Assembly: GCA_021734725.1 (NCBI GenBank)
Contig: JAIPIM010000003.1
Span: 1 to 33,547 of the forward strand
Length of the DNA: 33,547 nt
Direction of reading: 5' to 3'
Source of the DNA: Minisyncoccota bacterium
GTDB taxonomy: Bacteria; Verrucomicrobiota; Lentisphaeria; Oligosphaerales; MVZH01
The notes beneath the pieces were generated by a model. That model was given only the letters and a program-made list of their open reading frames with translations, did not search any database and was not told the origin of the DNA. Both the position numbers and the translations under genes were made by a program. This document shows positions 8,545-17,440 of this stretch, one piece after another. Numbering within the stretch: the first letter of the stretch is position 1; each line of letters starts with the position of its first letter.

Positions 8545-9687
8545 TCACTGCCGTTGCAGCTCGGCCAGAGTCTCGGAGTTCTCGATGCGGTAGATATAGA
8601 GGAGGACGGCACACAGACCGAAGATGAGCGGTCCGTAAACGATCCCGATCATGCCGAACAAGCGTAAGCCGCCCAGGATCGCGAAAAAGAGCACAACCGT
8701 AGACATCCCGGAACGTCCCTGCATGAGTATGGGACGTAGGAAATTGTCAACCATACCAACCACCAGGATGCACCACAGGGTCAGGAAAATGGCCGCTCCA
8801 ATTTTTCCCATAATCAGCAGGTAAATCACCGCGGGCACCCATATCAGAGCCGTCCCAACCAGCGGGACCAGCGATGCAAGGCCAAGCATCACCCCCCAGA
8901 ACAACGCCGGTATACCCACGATCTTGAACGCGATCATGGCCACAACCGCCTGCACGGCGGCGGTCAGAAAGATCCCCAGCAAGACTGCTTTTGCCAAGTG
9001 TCCAATGCGTTCGAGCAATGTTTCCTCGTACGTCGCCGCAAGCGGAAACAATCCCAGAATATAATGAAGCATACGGTCGCCGTCTCTAAAGGCGTAGAAC
9101 ATGACAAACAGCATAATAAAAAAATTGGCGATCATCAGCCCGGCTTGCGTCAACACCGGCAGGATCCGTTCGGATACGTAGCCGATGGCACCCTCGCTAA
9201 GACGCAGAAGGGTCCCCCGGATATTCAGTTGAGTGGTCTCGCCAGACATAAAGTGATCCATATAGAACTGGCGGATCTTCTGAACACGTGGATGCTCCAG
9301 CAACTCCCGCACCTTCTCACCTTCCATGGCCTTTTCCAGATTGCCGTTTTCCAACCATACTTTGGCATGCCGAAATACTTCAACTCCCTGATCGACCAGT
9401 GACGACACAAACAGCAGAACAGGGATGATAACCAGCAGTGACACAATCACGACCATGACAAAGGCGGCAATGTTTCGGCGTCCATTCAGACGCTTTTCAA
9501 TAAACCTGTACAGAGGATAAAAAATCGAGGCAAGCAGCAGGGCTAGAATGATTGGCGCGAGAAATGGGCGAAGCATCACGATAACTGCGCCCAGTGAGGC
9601 AAAAATCAAGACAAACAATACAATGCGCGACAGCCAGGAGGCCTGCCGTTGTTTTCGTTTGGTAAAATAGGGATGAAGTCGGCGCAT
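8545..9687 (-). CDS. AI-2E family (PerM/UPF0118) transporter
   Basis: Multiple TM helices, FYAFRDG, SLVPLVGTALIWVP, DNFLRPIL, GGLRLFGMIGIVYGPLI. Confidence 0.92.
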   Translation of the reverse strand: MRRLHPYFTKRKQRQASWLSRIVLFVLIFASLGAVIVMLRPFLAPIILALLLASIFYPLYRFIEKRLNGRRNIAAFVMVVIVSLLVIIPVLLFVSSLVDQGVEVFRHAKVWLENGNLEKAMEGEKVRELLEHPRVQKIRQFYMDHFMSGETTQLNIRGTLLRLSEGAIGYVSERILPVLTQAGLMIANFFIMLFVMFYAFRDGDRMLHYILGLFPLAATYEETLLERIGHLAKAVLLGIFLTAAVQAVVAMIAFKIVGIPALFWGVMLGLASLVPLVGTALIWVPAVIYLLIMGKIGAAIFLTLWCILVVGMVDNFLRPILMQGRSGMSTVVLFFAILGGLRLFGMIGIVYGPLIFGLCAVLLYIYRIENSETLAELQRQ

Positions 9688-9698
9688 GGGTCCGGTCT

Positions 9699-10547
9699 TT
9701 AGTCAGAGGGGTCTGACCGATTTTCGGCCGTCGTCCCATTCTGATTATAACTCCAATAGTTGCGAATGTAATCCCAGGCTTCAACGGGAGTATCGCAAAA
9801 CCGAACAATATCCAGATCGTCAGGACTCACCAAACCGCGCTCGACAAACAGTTCCCAATTGATAACATCACGCCAAAACTCGCCACCGAAAAGCACAACG
9901 GGAATCGGTTCGATTTTTCCCGTCTGGATAAGGGTCAGTGTTTCGAATACCTCGTCCATGGTTCCGAACCCGCCCGGGAACGCGCACAACGCCCTCGCAC
10001 GCAACAGAAAATGCATCTTGCGAATACTGAAATAATGAAATTGAAAGCACAGATCGTCTGTAATATACGCATTAGGCTCCTGCTCGAATGGAAGAGTAAT
10101 ATTCAAACCAATGGACTTGGCGCCGACGTCATTGGCCCCACGGTTCCCCGCTTCCATTATGCCACCCCCTCCACCCGTCATGATGACAAAATCACATGTA
10201 TCATCGCGCTGTGCACAGCGGCTGACTATACTGGCGAACTCACGTGCCATTTCGTAGTAATGACTTTGCTCCATGCGGATATGGGCCAACCGCAAGCGCT
10301 CCCGCACCTCCGGATCGTCGGGCGCACGGTCATGTTCAGCCCGGACACGCTCAAGCCCTTCCCGCGCCGATTCCGGAGTGGGCAGGCGCGCACTTCCGAA
10401 CAAGACAATGGTCGAGCGGATATTCTTGTCATGCATGGCGATTTCCGGCTTCAAATATTCCAGCTGAAGCCGCACGGGGCGACAATGTTCCCCCTTAAGA
10501 AAAGCCATGTCTTCGTACGCTTTTAACGGTATCTGGCGTGTCTCCAC
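9699..10547 (-). CDS. LOG family nucleotide monophosphate nucleosidase (Rossmann fold)
   Basis: FGSAR, TGGGGGIMEAGNRGA, LPFEQEPN, FSIRKMHF and the PGGFGTMDE signature. Confidence 0.92.
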   Translation of the reverse strand: METRQIPLKAYEDMAFLKGEHCRPVRLQLEYLKPEIAMHDKNIRSTIVLFGSARLPTPESAREGLERVRAEHDRAPDDPEVRERLRLAHIRMEQSHYYEMAREFASIVSRCAQRDDTCDFVIMTGGGGGIMEAGNRGANDVGAKSIGLNITLPFEQEPNAYITDDLCFQFHYFSIRKMHFLLRARALCAFPGGFGTMDEVFETLTLIQTGKIEPIPVVLFGGEFWRDVINWELFVERGLVSPDDLDIVRFCDTPVEAWDYIRNYWSYNQNGTTAENRSDPSD

Positions 10548-10617
10548 CGAGAATTGTCCTCATAGTTCATACACTTTTTCACCACTTTTTTCACGAATTC
10601 AGGACAGTGACAAATAA

Positions 10618-11718
10618 TCACTTCGCGTCCATTGCTTTTACCCATGCCTTGGCCTCTTCCTGAATGGCGGCCGTCTTGCCGCCGTCCGATAGTTGCATGA
10701 TAAAATGCTTGAACAATTCCATCAGCACCGTCTGAAAGACATACAGGTTTGTCATGCGCTCTTCGAATATGCTGCCCGGGTCGAGCGCTTCGCCTTCCGG
10801 CACTTTCAGCCCGCGGAAAATAAAATGCTCGGCGTCCACGGAAACGCTCCAGACCTCAGCTTGAGAACGTGCCATAACGAGCTTTGCCTGACGAAGTTTC
10901 TTCCCGACCATGAGAGCGGCCTTGGCTTCCGCCGCCAATGTGGGAAGTCCTTTGCGGATGGCGGATTCAAGGGCCCCCTGCCCGTCCGCTACAAACACGA
11001 GGGGGCCGTCAATCATCATGCTGAACTCGCCTAACTGTGTTTTGGGCAGAACACCGTTGCGCTGATCCAGGTAGAACCAGAGCCACGTCAGAAAACTCTC
11101 CCCCAGCGTTCCACCGGCCATGGCATCGTCCTGTTCAGGCGAGAAATTTAATGTGGCGAGTGATGAAATATCGCCCTGGATATGTTCCGCGGCCACAACT
11201 TCCGGTGCCAGCGGTATCGGTTCAAATCCCACGGTCTGATGAAACATAGCGGCGAACGTGTCGAACTGCTTGTCGGATGTTGCCGTCACATAGAGCTTGT
11301 CCGAACTGGAGTCCACCACGAAATGAATGCCGGTCAATTGCGGCGGCATATCCGGCAGCAATCGTTCCGTTACTTCCTGCTTGATCTGCTTGCGTTGCTT
11401 GCGGCCGACAGTCTCCTGCCCTTGCTCCGACATCAGCTCAAGCTCAGCCATGCGGCACTCGGCCTGCAACAGGGACGCGGGAATCTTGCGCTGAGCCTGC
11501 CGCAGACACAGACGCAAATAGCCGCCGAGATAAGCGGTCTCTTCGTCGATGCGCGACTCAAGCAGATGCCGTCCACTGACCCACCCCAACTGGGGCTCAT
11601 CCTTAACGTATTGCAAGGGCGCCGCCGCTTTGTCCGCAAAGCGACTGAGAGCATCCTCAGGCATCGGCTGCGGCATATGACAAACACGAAAAATGACACT
11701 GCCAGACTCAAACGGCAT
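10618..11718 (-). CDS. RdgC-like (recombination-associated) DNA-binding protein
   Basis: GWV...LRQAQRKIPASLL, RKQRKQIKQEV..RLLP, FLTWLW and EAKAALMVGKK match RdgC-like proteins. ATG 11718 has a GGAGAG SD and is preferred over 11748. Confidence 0.65.
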   Translation of the reverse strand: MPFESGSVIFRVCHMPQPMPEDALSRFADKAAAPLQYVKDEPQLGWVSGRHLLESRIDEETAYLGGYLRLCLRQAQRKIPASLLQAECRMAELELMSEQGQETVGRKQRKQIKQEVTERLLPDMPPQLTGIHFVVDSSSDKLYVTATSDKQFDTFAAMFHQTVGFEPIPLAPEVVAAEHIQGDISSLATLNFSPEQDDAMAGGTLGESFLTWLWFYLDQRNGVLPKTQLGEFSMMIDGPLVFVADGQGALESAIRKGLPTLAAEAKAALMVGKKLRQAKLVMARSQAEVWSVSVDAEHFIFRGLKVPEGEALDPGSIFEERMTNLYVFQTVLMELFKHFIMQLSDGGKTAAIQEEAKAWVKAMDAK

Positions 11719-11778
11719 AATACATCCTTTCTCTCCAGATCCAAACAAGGGATTTCAGCGGCATTAAAGCAAACCTTA

Positions 11779-11807
11779 AATATAGACCGGCTAGCATCGG
11801 TTGTAAA
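11779..11807 (-). promoter_or_regulatory. Putative sigma70 promoter of the rdgC-like gene
   Basis: On the minus strand: TTTACA, 17-nt spacer, TATATT. Confidence 0.5.
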
Positions 11808-11842
11808 CCCGGGAACCTATCCGACTTTGGCGGCCTACGGCA

Positions 11843-12796
11843 TCAAAACTCGTTAAACACCTCGTGGCCAGTGCGAAGTGTGCCGTCAGCTTCGATGAAG
11901 GCCATGTAGCCGGCAGGACCTATCGGGCCAAACTCCGGACGGTGCCCGTCAGCGACCAGCGTATGATGGAGAAGGTGCGGAAGAAACCCCAGTCGCCTTT
12001 CGTTGTAAGCGCGAAGGGATACCTTGATGGACTCCACGCGTTCCCCGTCCTCAAGGCTCCCCCAGCAGCACTCAGTGACCAGAGCGGGCTTGCCGGTTCG
12101 ATTGATGACCTGTATGGACTCGTCGAGGGATGTCTGCAGGGCTTCAGGCGTAGAGCACCAGGATGTGCGGAAATAGGGATGCAGCGAGAAGGCATCCACC
12201 CATTCCGCGATCCCACTTTCCTGGACGGCCGCGTCATGCGCCCATTGTGTGCCGACCGTGCACAGCGCACCGTTGTCTACCTCGCGGACGGCATCCCGCA
12301 TCTCAAGCAGGAAGCCTCCCCACAGTTGCCTGCTGCCCGTGTCCCTCGCGTTGTTGAACGGTTCGTTGCAGAGGTCCCATATCAGGATCGCGTCCCGCTG
12401 TGGCATTACCGCCGCAACCACATCGCGCACATACTGCCGGTACACGGTCCGGTTTTTATGCGGAACAATTAGCTCAGGCACGAGGCCGCCGAAGCTCGGG
12501 AGTCCGAACCAGCCATTGAACACGACCGGTATCGCCCTCAGTTCCAGCTCGGCGAGAATCCCGGCCGCGGTCGCCAGATTGCTTAGGTACCGCTCCCGAT
12601 CACTCAGCCACGCATCCATCGACAGCCAGATGCGAACAGTATTTATCCCCGGGAAAAACGTCTTCCCGCGTGACAGCTCGATACGATACAGCTGCGGAGT
12701 GAAACGCTCCCAGACCTGGAGCCCATTCATTCCGTTGCTCGGCTGATAGTTGAACCCGCGTATGGATTCGTAGGTGGCGTTCTTTAGTTCGACCAT
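11843..12796 (-). CDS. Clan GH-A glycoside hydrolase (GH5-like), cytoplasmic
   Basis: RGFNY, NTVRIWL, WDLCNEP (acid/base), SLHPY, VTE (nucleophile); no signal peptide. Confidence 0.8.
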   Translation of the reverse strand: MVELKNATYESIRGFNYQPSNGMNGLQVWERFTPQLYRIELSRGKTFFPGINTVRIWLSMDAWLSDRERYLSNLATAAGILAELELRAIPVVFNGWFGLPSFGGLVPELIVPHKNRTVYRQYVRDVVAAVMPQRDAILIWDLCNEPFNNARDTGSRQLWGGFLLEMRDAVREVDNGALCTVGTQWAHDAAVQESGIAEWVDAFSLHPYFRTSWCSTPEALQTSLDESIQVINRTGKPALVTECCWGSLEDGERVESIKVSLRAYNERRLGFLPHLLHHTLVADGHRPEFGPIGPAGYMAFIEADGTLRTGHEVFNEF

Positions 12797-14205
12797 AATT
12801 CCCTCGTCCTCGGAGCCTGTCGAATTTGGGCGGCATGAAACGCTTTCGACTCATGCCGTCCAAGTCCGAAGCCTCCTAGTATGATCTGAAGATCCATGAC
12901 ATTCGTCTTTGTGGGGCCGGTTATGACCAGATCATTCAGGGAAGCGAAAAACGGATACGCGTCGTGTTCAAGAAGAGCTGTTTCCGGATTAAGTCCGGCG
13001 TCACAAGCTCTCGAGACAGTTTTTCCATCAACCATCGCGCCGGCCGCGTCCGTGGGCCCGTCGGTGCCATCGGTCCCAGCACTCAAAACCGTCAGACCCG
13101 GCTGCCCGGAAATCTCCAACGCGGCCGCCAACGCCAGTTCCTGGTTTCGCCCGCCTTTTCCATAATGTTCGCCAAGCGAAACCGTAGTTTCACCTCCGGA
13201 GATCATACAGGTTCGCTCACCGCTTCCCCTGATCTTTTCAATCGCATCCCCGCACAGTGAGCGCGCGGCCACGCGTGCCTCGCCAGCGACGGGTTCTTTC
13301 AGAACGTCCACCTTGTATCCCCTCTTCTCCGCCTCTTTAGCCGCAAAAGCTTTGGCCAACTCATTGTTGCCGCACAAAACACGGTACACCTTCTCGAACA
13401 CCGGGTCTCCCGGCTTGGGTGTTTCCGACCGCGTTCCACGCATTCCAGCTTGAATCACCTGACGAACAGCATCGGACACCTGTTCCCATATCCCGTAACG
13501 ACAGAGGATGTCATGGGCCTCGGCAAAGGTGCTGGGATCAGGTGCGAACGGCCCGGATGCAATGGTAGCGGGATCGTCCCCAACCACATCGGAGAGCGTC
13601 AGTTCCACCACAGTGGCTGGACTGGCAAGCTGGGCGCATCGCCCCCCTTTCACCGCCGATACGTGCTTGCGCACCGCATTGATCTCGTCAATCGCCGCTC
13701 CCGATGCCAATAGAACCCGATTCAGGTCAACGATATCGTTTAATTCCAATCCCGCCGCGGGCTGGCAGAATAATGCGGAGCCGCCGCCGCTGATCAATGC
13801 AATAACTAAGTCATCTTCCCGGAGACTGGACAACAGGCTTGAGATCTTATTGGCCCCCCGAACTCCCCGCGCATCCGGCTCCGGATGCCTCGCCTCGCAT
13901 ATCTCGACAGCCTTCAGTTGAACGTCTTCCCGATGCCCCTCTTTTATAATCGCAACTCCCTCGGCAATGCGGTCTCCGAGAACGTCCTCCACCGCCCGCG
14001 CCATAGGGTACCCTGCTTTGCCGAGCCCCACGACAACGACACGATGAATGTCAGCCAAGCGCCGGGTGACAGGTGGATTGCCCCGTACGAACAGATCCCC
14101 CTTTTCCAGACACAGGACACGGTGCACCGCGGCATACGGTTCCACGCCGGCAACTCCGGCCTTGAAAATCTCGAATGCGTCAGTTCGAAGAGAGCGTAGA
14201 TTCAC
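12784..14205 (-). CDS. Glycerate 2-kinase / TtuD-MOFRL family
   Basis: GLGKA, HPEPD, LISGGGSAL, NAVRKHVSAVKGG, SDVVGD, IASGP, GGETTV, GGRNQE, GTDGTDGPT, TGPTKTNVMD. Confidence 0.93.
   Translation of the reverse strand: MNLRSLRTDAFEIFKAGVAGVEPYAAVHRVLCLEKGDLFVRGNPPVTRRLADIHRVVVVGLGKAGYPMARAVEDVLGDRIAEGVAIIKEGHREDVQLKAVEICEARHPEPDARGVRGANKISSLLSSLREDDLVIALISGGGSALFCQPAAGLELNDIVDLNRVLLASGAAIDEINAVRKHVSAVKGGRCAQLASPATVVELTLSDVVGDDPATIASGPFAPDPSTFAEAHDILCRYGIWEQVSDAVRQVIQAGMRGTRSETPKPGDPVFEKVYRVLCGNNELAKAFAAKEAEKRGYKVDVLKEPVAGEARVAARSLCGDAIEKIRGSGERTCMISGGETTVSLGEHYGKGGRNQELALAAALEISGQPGLTVLSAGTDGTDGPTDAAGAMVDGKTVSRACDAGLNPETALLEHDAYPFFASLNDLVITGPTKTNVMDLQIILGGFGLGRHESKAFHAAQIRQAPRTRELWSN
12809..12879. 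repeat. Palindromic MITE/REP-like element (GGAGCCTGTCG...AAGTCCGAAGCCTCCTAG)
   Basis: Imperfect inverted arms of about 29 nt (12809-12838 and 12851-12879) ending in CTAG; lies inside the 3' end of the glycerate kinase ORF. Confidence 0.7.
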
Positions 14206-14370
14206 TGTGAAGTGCGTTTACCTTAATCTTGATCTTTGCCGTAGTCTTTCGCTCTGATCGCAATCCGCTGCACCACCGCTGACATTTCACGGATTCAGGA
14301 CTATAGCCTGAAAACCGGTTGCGGGGACAGTGTGACCGCCTTTTTTTGATGGGAATTCCGTCACACGTCC

Positions 14371-14399
14371 GCTGAAAAGCCGGATTCCGGCTTTTCAGC
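14371..14399. terminator. Perfect inverted repeat, possible terminator or operator
   Basis: GCTGAAAAGCCGGA-T-TCCGGCTTTTCAGC, 14-bp perfect arms, downstream of the 14449-15912 gene. Confidence 0.55.
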
Positions 14400-14404
14400 A
14401 ATAT

Positions 14405-14465
14405 CAGGCTGTTGGATTTAGTGGCTCGAATCCATCAGATTCGAGGCGCTAAGTCCGACAGCCTG
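14405..14465. repeat. Palindromic MITE/REP-like element (CAGGCTGTCGGACTTAG family)
   Basis: 28-nt arms with 4 mismatches around a 5-nt loop; supplies the last codons and TAG stop of the upstream minus-strand gene. Confidence 0.7.
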
Positions 14466-15912
14466 CCAGGACAAAAGCGGGGCTGCTCCACGCGCGAGCG
14501 CCGTTTCCGAAAGTCGCCCGCACATAGTAGTATACGAAGTCTCCAATATGCTTCGAAGACAACCACAACGGGCTTAAATCCTCCTCATCAACGTAGTCGA
14601 TATCGGCGCGCCAGTCATTGGGGTTGAATGTGTGAACGGTCTCGCCGTTGCGGACAATATCCACCGACTCGATATCGGTTTTTCCAGCGACCGCGGCTTG
14701 GATCCGCCTGGTCTTGCAATTCTCCATTTTCGTTCCGAAGGGCTGGCCGTTCACCGTTCCCATGACGAGAGAACGATCGAGGCTGGCGGCATAACAACGA
14801 CGCTCTTTCAAGGCCTGGACCAAGCTCGAGCGCTCCAGCGAGTTCGCGAAAACGGCGGTCATCCCCGGATGCGCGTCAATGTGGTCCGCCTCGAATCCCC
14901 TGCCGCGCCCGGTGGTTAATGTGCAATGGGAATCCGTCCCTCCAATGAACCCCAGAGGGAGCCCCTGATTCAGCAGATCGACTGCGTAACTCGGACCGTC
15001 GTGAACCTTTTTCAGAGGGTTGGGATTGCCCCGATATTCCGAAGTTCCCCATTTCGAGTGAATTTCAACCACCGGCATCATCGCCTCTCCCGGATATATG
15101 GCATCCGGGATTTCACCGTGTTTGCCCGTGCGGGTGGTGTGATGGGGCACGACAATAAAATCGTCCTCGCTCATTTTCCCCTTCATCTCGTCGGCCAGGG
15201 TGGCCACATTGCCGCCATCGTACTCGTCGACGAAGAGGTCGGGAAAACCCGTCATATACACATTGTTGTCCCCGCCGCATCCTCCCTGCAGCGAGGCTTC
15301 GAAACAGGGCAGAGTCACAAACTTCCCGGGCTCATTGAAGAGATTCGCCACGGCCGTCTGCTCTTTCCATTTGGCATACTCGCAACGTCCGTTGGAGACG
15401 TGGTCCGCGGCACTGGCCCAGTCCAAACCGGTGCTGTGGCGAGCCGCTGTAAAACAGTAGTTAAGGGAACGGCAACGTTCAGGATGACAGTTCGACAGGT
15501 TGGTGTGGATGTGCGGATCTCCCCACCAAATCGACTCCGTGTTCGCCGAGGAACACCTTGTTGGATTACTGTGGAAAAGACGACCGCCGAGCATACCCTC
15601 AAACCGAAATACCCCCTCGTCACCCAAAACAACTCCCCCGATTCGAGCCACAGCCGGCTCGCCTTCGGTGAATGAGATCTCCACATCCAGACCGCCGCCC
15701 CCCGACCCTTTGACGCCGACTTTCGCAACAGCGCGCGTTGCCGGAAAGCCGTGCTCGTCATAAACCGCCACTTTAATGTCGAAAGGTATTCCCGGACGGG
15801 TCAGAGACGGAATAACCAGATTCAGCGAGTCGGGGACCCCGTCCGGCCCTTCCAGCATCAGAATTTTCCGTTCCATCTCGGCGAGAAAAGTCACGCGGCA
15901 ATCCATGGTCAA
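14449..15912 (-). CDS. PHP-fold metallohydrolase (DUF3604 / CehA-McbA-like)
   Basis: WGDPHIHT, ADH, VPHH, EIHSKWG, GFIGGTDSH, RRCYA and C-terminal YYYVR...AWSSP. Confidence 0.75.
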   Translation of the reverse strand: MTMDCRVTFLAEMERKILMLEGPDGVPDSLNLVIPSLTRPGIPFDIKVAVYDEHGFPATRAVAKVGVKGSGGGGLDVEISFTEGEPAVARIGGVVLGDEGVFRFEGMLGGRLFHSNPTRCSSANTESIWWGDPHIHTNLSNCHPERCRSLNYCFTAARHSTGLDWASAADHVSNGRCEYAKWKEQTAVANLFNEPGKFVTLPCFEASLQGGCGGDNNVYMTGFPDLFVDEYDGGNVATLADEMKGKMSEDDFIVVPHHTTRTGKHGEIPDAIYPGEAMMPVVEIHSKWGTSEYRGNPNPLKKVHDGPSYAVDLLNQGLPLGFIGGTDSHCTLTTGRGRGFEADHIDAHPGMTAVFANSLERSSLVQALKERRCYAASLDRSLVMGTVNGQPFGTKMENCKTRRIQAAVAGKTDIESVDIVRNGETVHTFNPNDWRADIDYVDEEDLSPLWLSSKHIGDFVYYYVRATFGNGARAWSSPAFVLAGCRT

Positions 15913-16006
15913 AACCCTTCCATAAAATTGAGCTTACGAAGTCTGAGTCCGAAAAACAAACGCTCGCAAGCATACTCTTACGGCCAGCTTGAGCTTTTAG
16001 AGTAGA

Positions 16007-16068
16007 CTCATCCTTCCGCCCTCAGCCCTCATCCTTCCGCCTTCAGCCCTCATCCTTCCGCCTTCAGC
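16007..16068. repeat. Tandem repeat, 3 x 21 nt (CTCATCCTTCCGCCYTCAGCC), built from 7-nt subunits
   Basis: Read directly; the third copy overlaps the GH116 stop codon. Confidence 0.9.
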
Positions 16069-17248
16069 ATTCAAAAAAACGCGTGTCTCCGAGCTGCACT
16101 ATGCCGTCACCCAAACCGGCCAATACTCGGTCGCCAACAGTAAGCTTATCAACTCGCACCTCACCACCCACAACCCTCAGAACGATGCTCTCGCCATTCT
16201 GGCATAACGTACCCCATGCATAGCCGGTGGACCAAAACCACGTAACTGGTTTCTCCGAGGCAGCAAACCGCATCTCACCAGTCACGGCCGAATAATGAAA
16301 TCCGGTCAATGCCGCAATAGCGCCCCAGCTGGCCATGGCACGCGCATAGTGATGACCACATTCCGCTTCGTTGAACGGACTCCGTTTACGTCCGTCATAG
16401 CGGTGGCGGATCGCCTGGATGCATGCCAGCCCGTCATCAACCAGTCCTTCCTGCAGCATCCCGATCGCGGCTGTGTATTCAAAGCCGGTCATGACTTCGG
16501 AAAAATAGGGAAACGGCTGTTCGGGACGCCTGCCCTTCGGGTAGCTTGCCATCAACAAGGCGGATTCACCACCGAGCGCGTAACTGCGTCCACTATTAAA
16601 ATGACCGTGAAATGTCTGCCGCCAGTTATAGCGCCGAATGCTCTCGTAGGCACGCCGCACATGAACAGGATCGAGGAGGTACCCCAACCCCAGGATATGT
16701 GCCATGTACTGTCCCACCAGTTGGTCGATCAAGCATCCTGCTCCGAGCTGCAGTATCGGGCACGGGCCGGGGTTGCGTATGTACAATCCATCCGCAACAT
16801 CGGCTGGACCGCCAACTGGGCGGATTTCGTGTTCGTAATACTCGCCGTTGAACAACTGTTCGTCAACCCACTGGCGGCCCCGTTCAAACAGGGAATGGCA
16901 CGTCGCCGCAAACTCATGTTCCTCCCGGAAACGGGGAATCCCGTGGTTCGCGGCCCGACTCCCGTGGGACCCCTCGTATTCAGCCGCGTCCAGCGGACCC
17001 TCCAAACCGTACGTTGCCACTTCCCCATCAGCATCCTGCAGATTCAGCGCGAAAAAGGGTGCGGTACGCCGGATGCCTTCCCCAACCTCCGGGATGAACC
17101 CTTTCGCCGGCCTATTCATGACCTCCCAGTCTCGCAAATCCCCCCGGCCGCCAAGCGACACGGTGCCCGTCCCAATCCCTCCGAGCGGCATGGCCACCCG
17201 GTACAGATGATCACCGTCATACGAGGTCAAAACAGGCCACTTCTTCAT
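16064..17248 (-). pseudogene. GH116 (non-lysosomal glucosylceramidase/beta-glucosidase family) with a large in-frame internal deletion
   Basis: The GH116 N-terminal motif MPLGGIGTGTVSLGGRG.LRDWE joins after about 108 aa directly to C-terminal motifs LFNGEYY, GCLIDQLVGQ, EVMTGFEY and ECGHHYARAMASW. 394 aa versus roughly 800-900 aa typical. Confidence 0.75.
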
Positions 17249-17353
17249 TCTGAACTATCCTTATGCCTTCGGATGCAAAACTCAGTTACCGGTGGAGAGT
17301 TTATGTTTATAGTAACACCGCAAGATGGCGGTTGCGAAATGGCCTTCGCGCCA

Positions 17354-17411
17354 GTCGTTCGTGGTTCTTAGTTCGAAAACGACGAACGACGAACCAGAAA
17401 CGAAGAGCAAG
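17354..17411. repeat. Inverted arrays of degenerate heptamers (GTCGTTC / GAACGAC)
   Basis: GTCGTTC GTGGTTC TTAGTTC followed by AAACGAC GAACGAC GAACCAG AAACGAA GAGCAAG. Confidence 0.7.
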
Positions 17412-17440
17412 AATTGCGAAAAACTACATTTTGCAATTCT
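17410..17440 (-). terminator. Hairpin immediately downstream of the uvrB stop
   Basis: AGAATTGCGAAA-7 nt-TTTTGCAATTCT (11 of 12 paired). Confidence 0.45.

Noticed and set aside
16007-16068. CRISPR array
   Set aside because: The repeats are directly adjacent with no spacers, and no cas genes are present.
16295-17371. 358-aa + strand ORF
   Set aside because: Antisense shadow of GH116.
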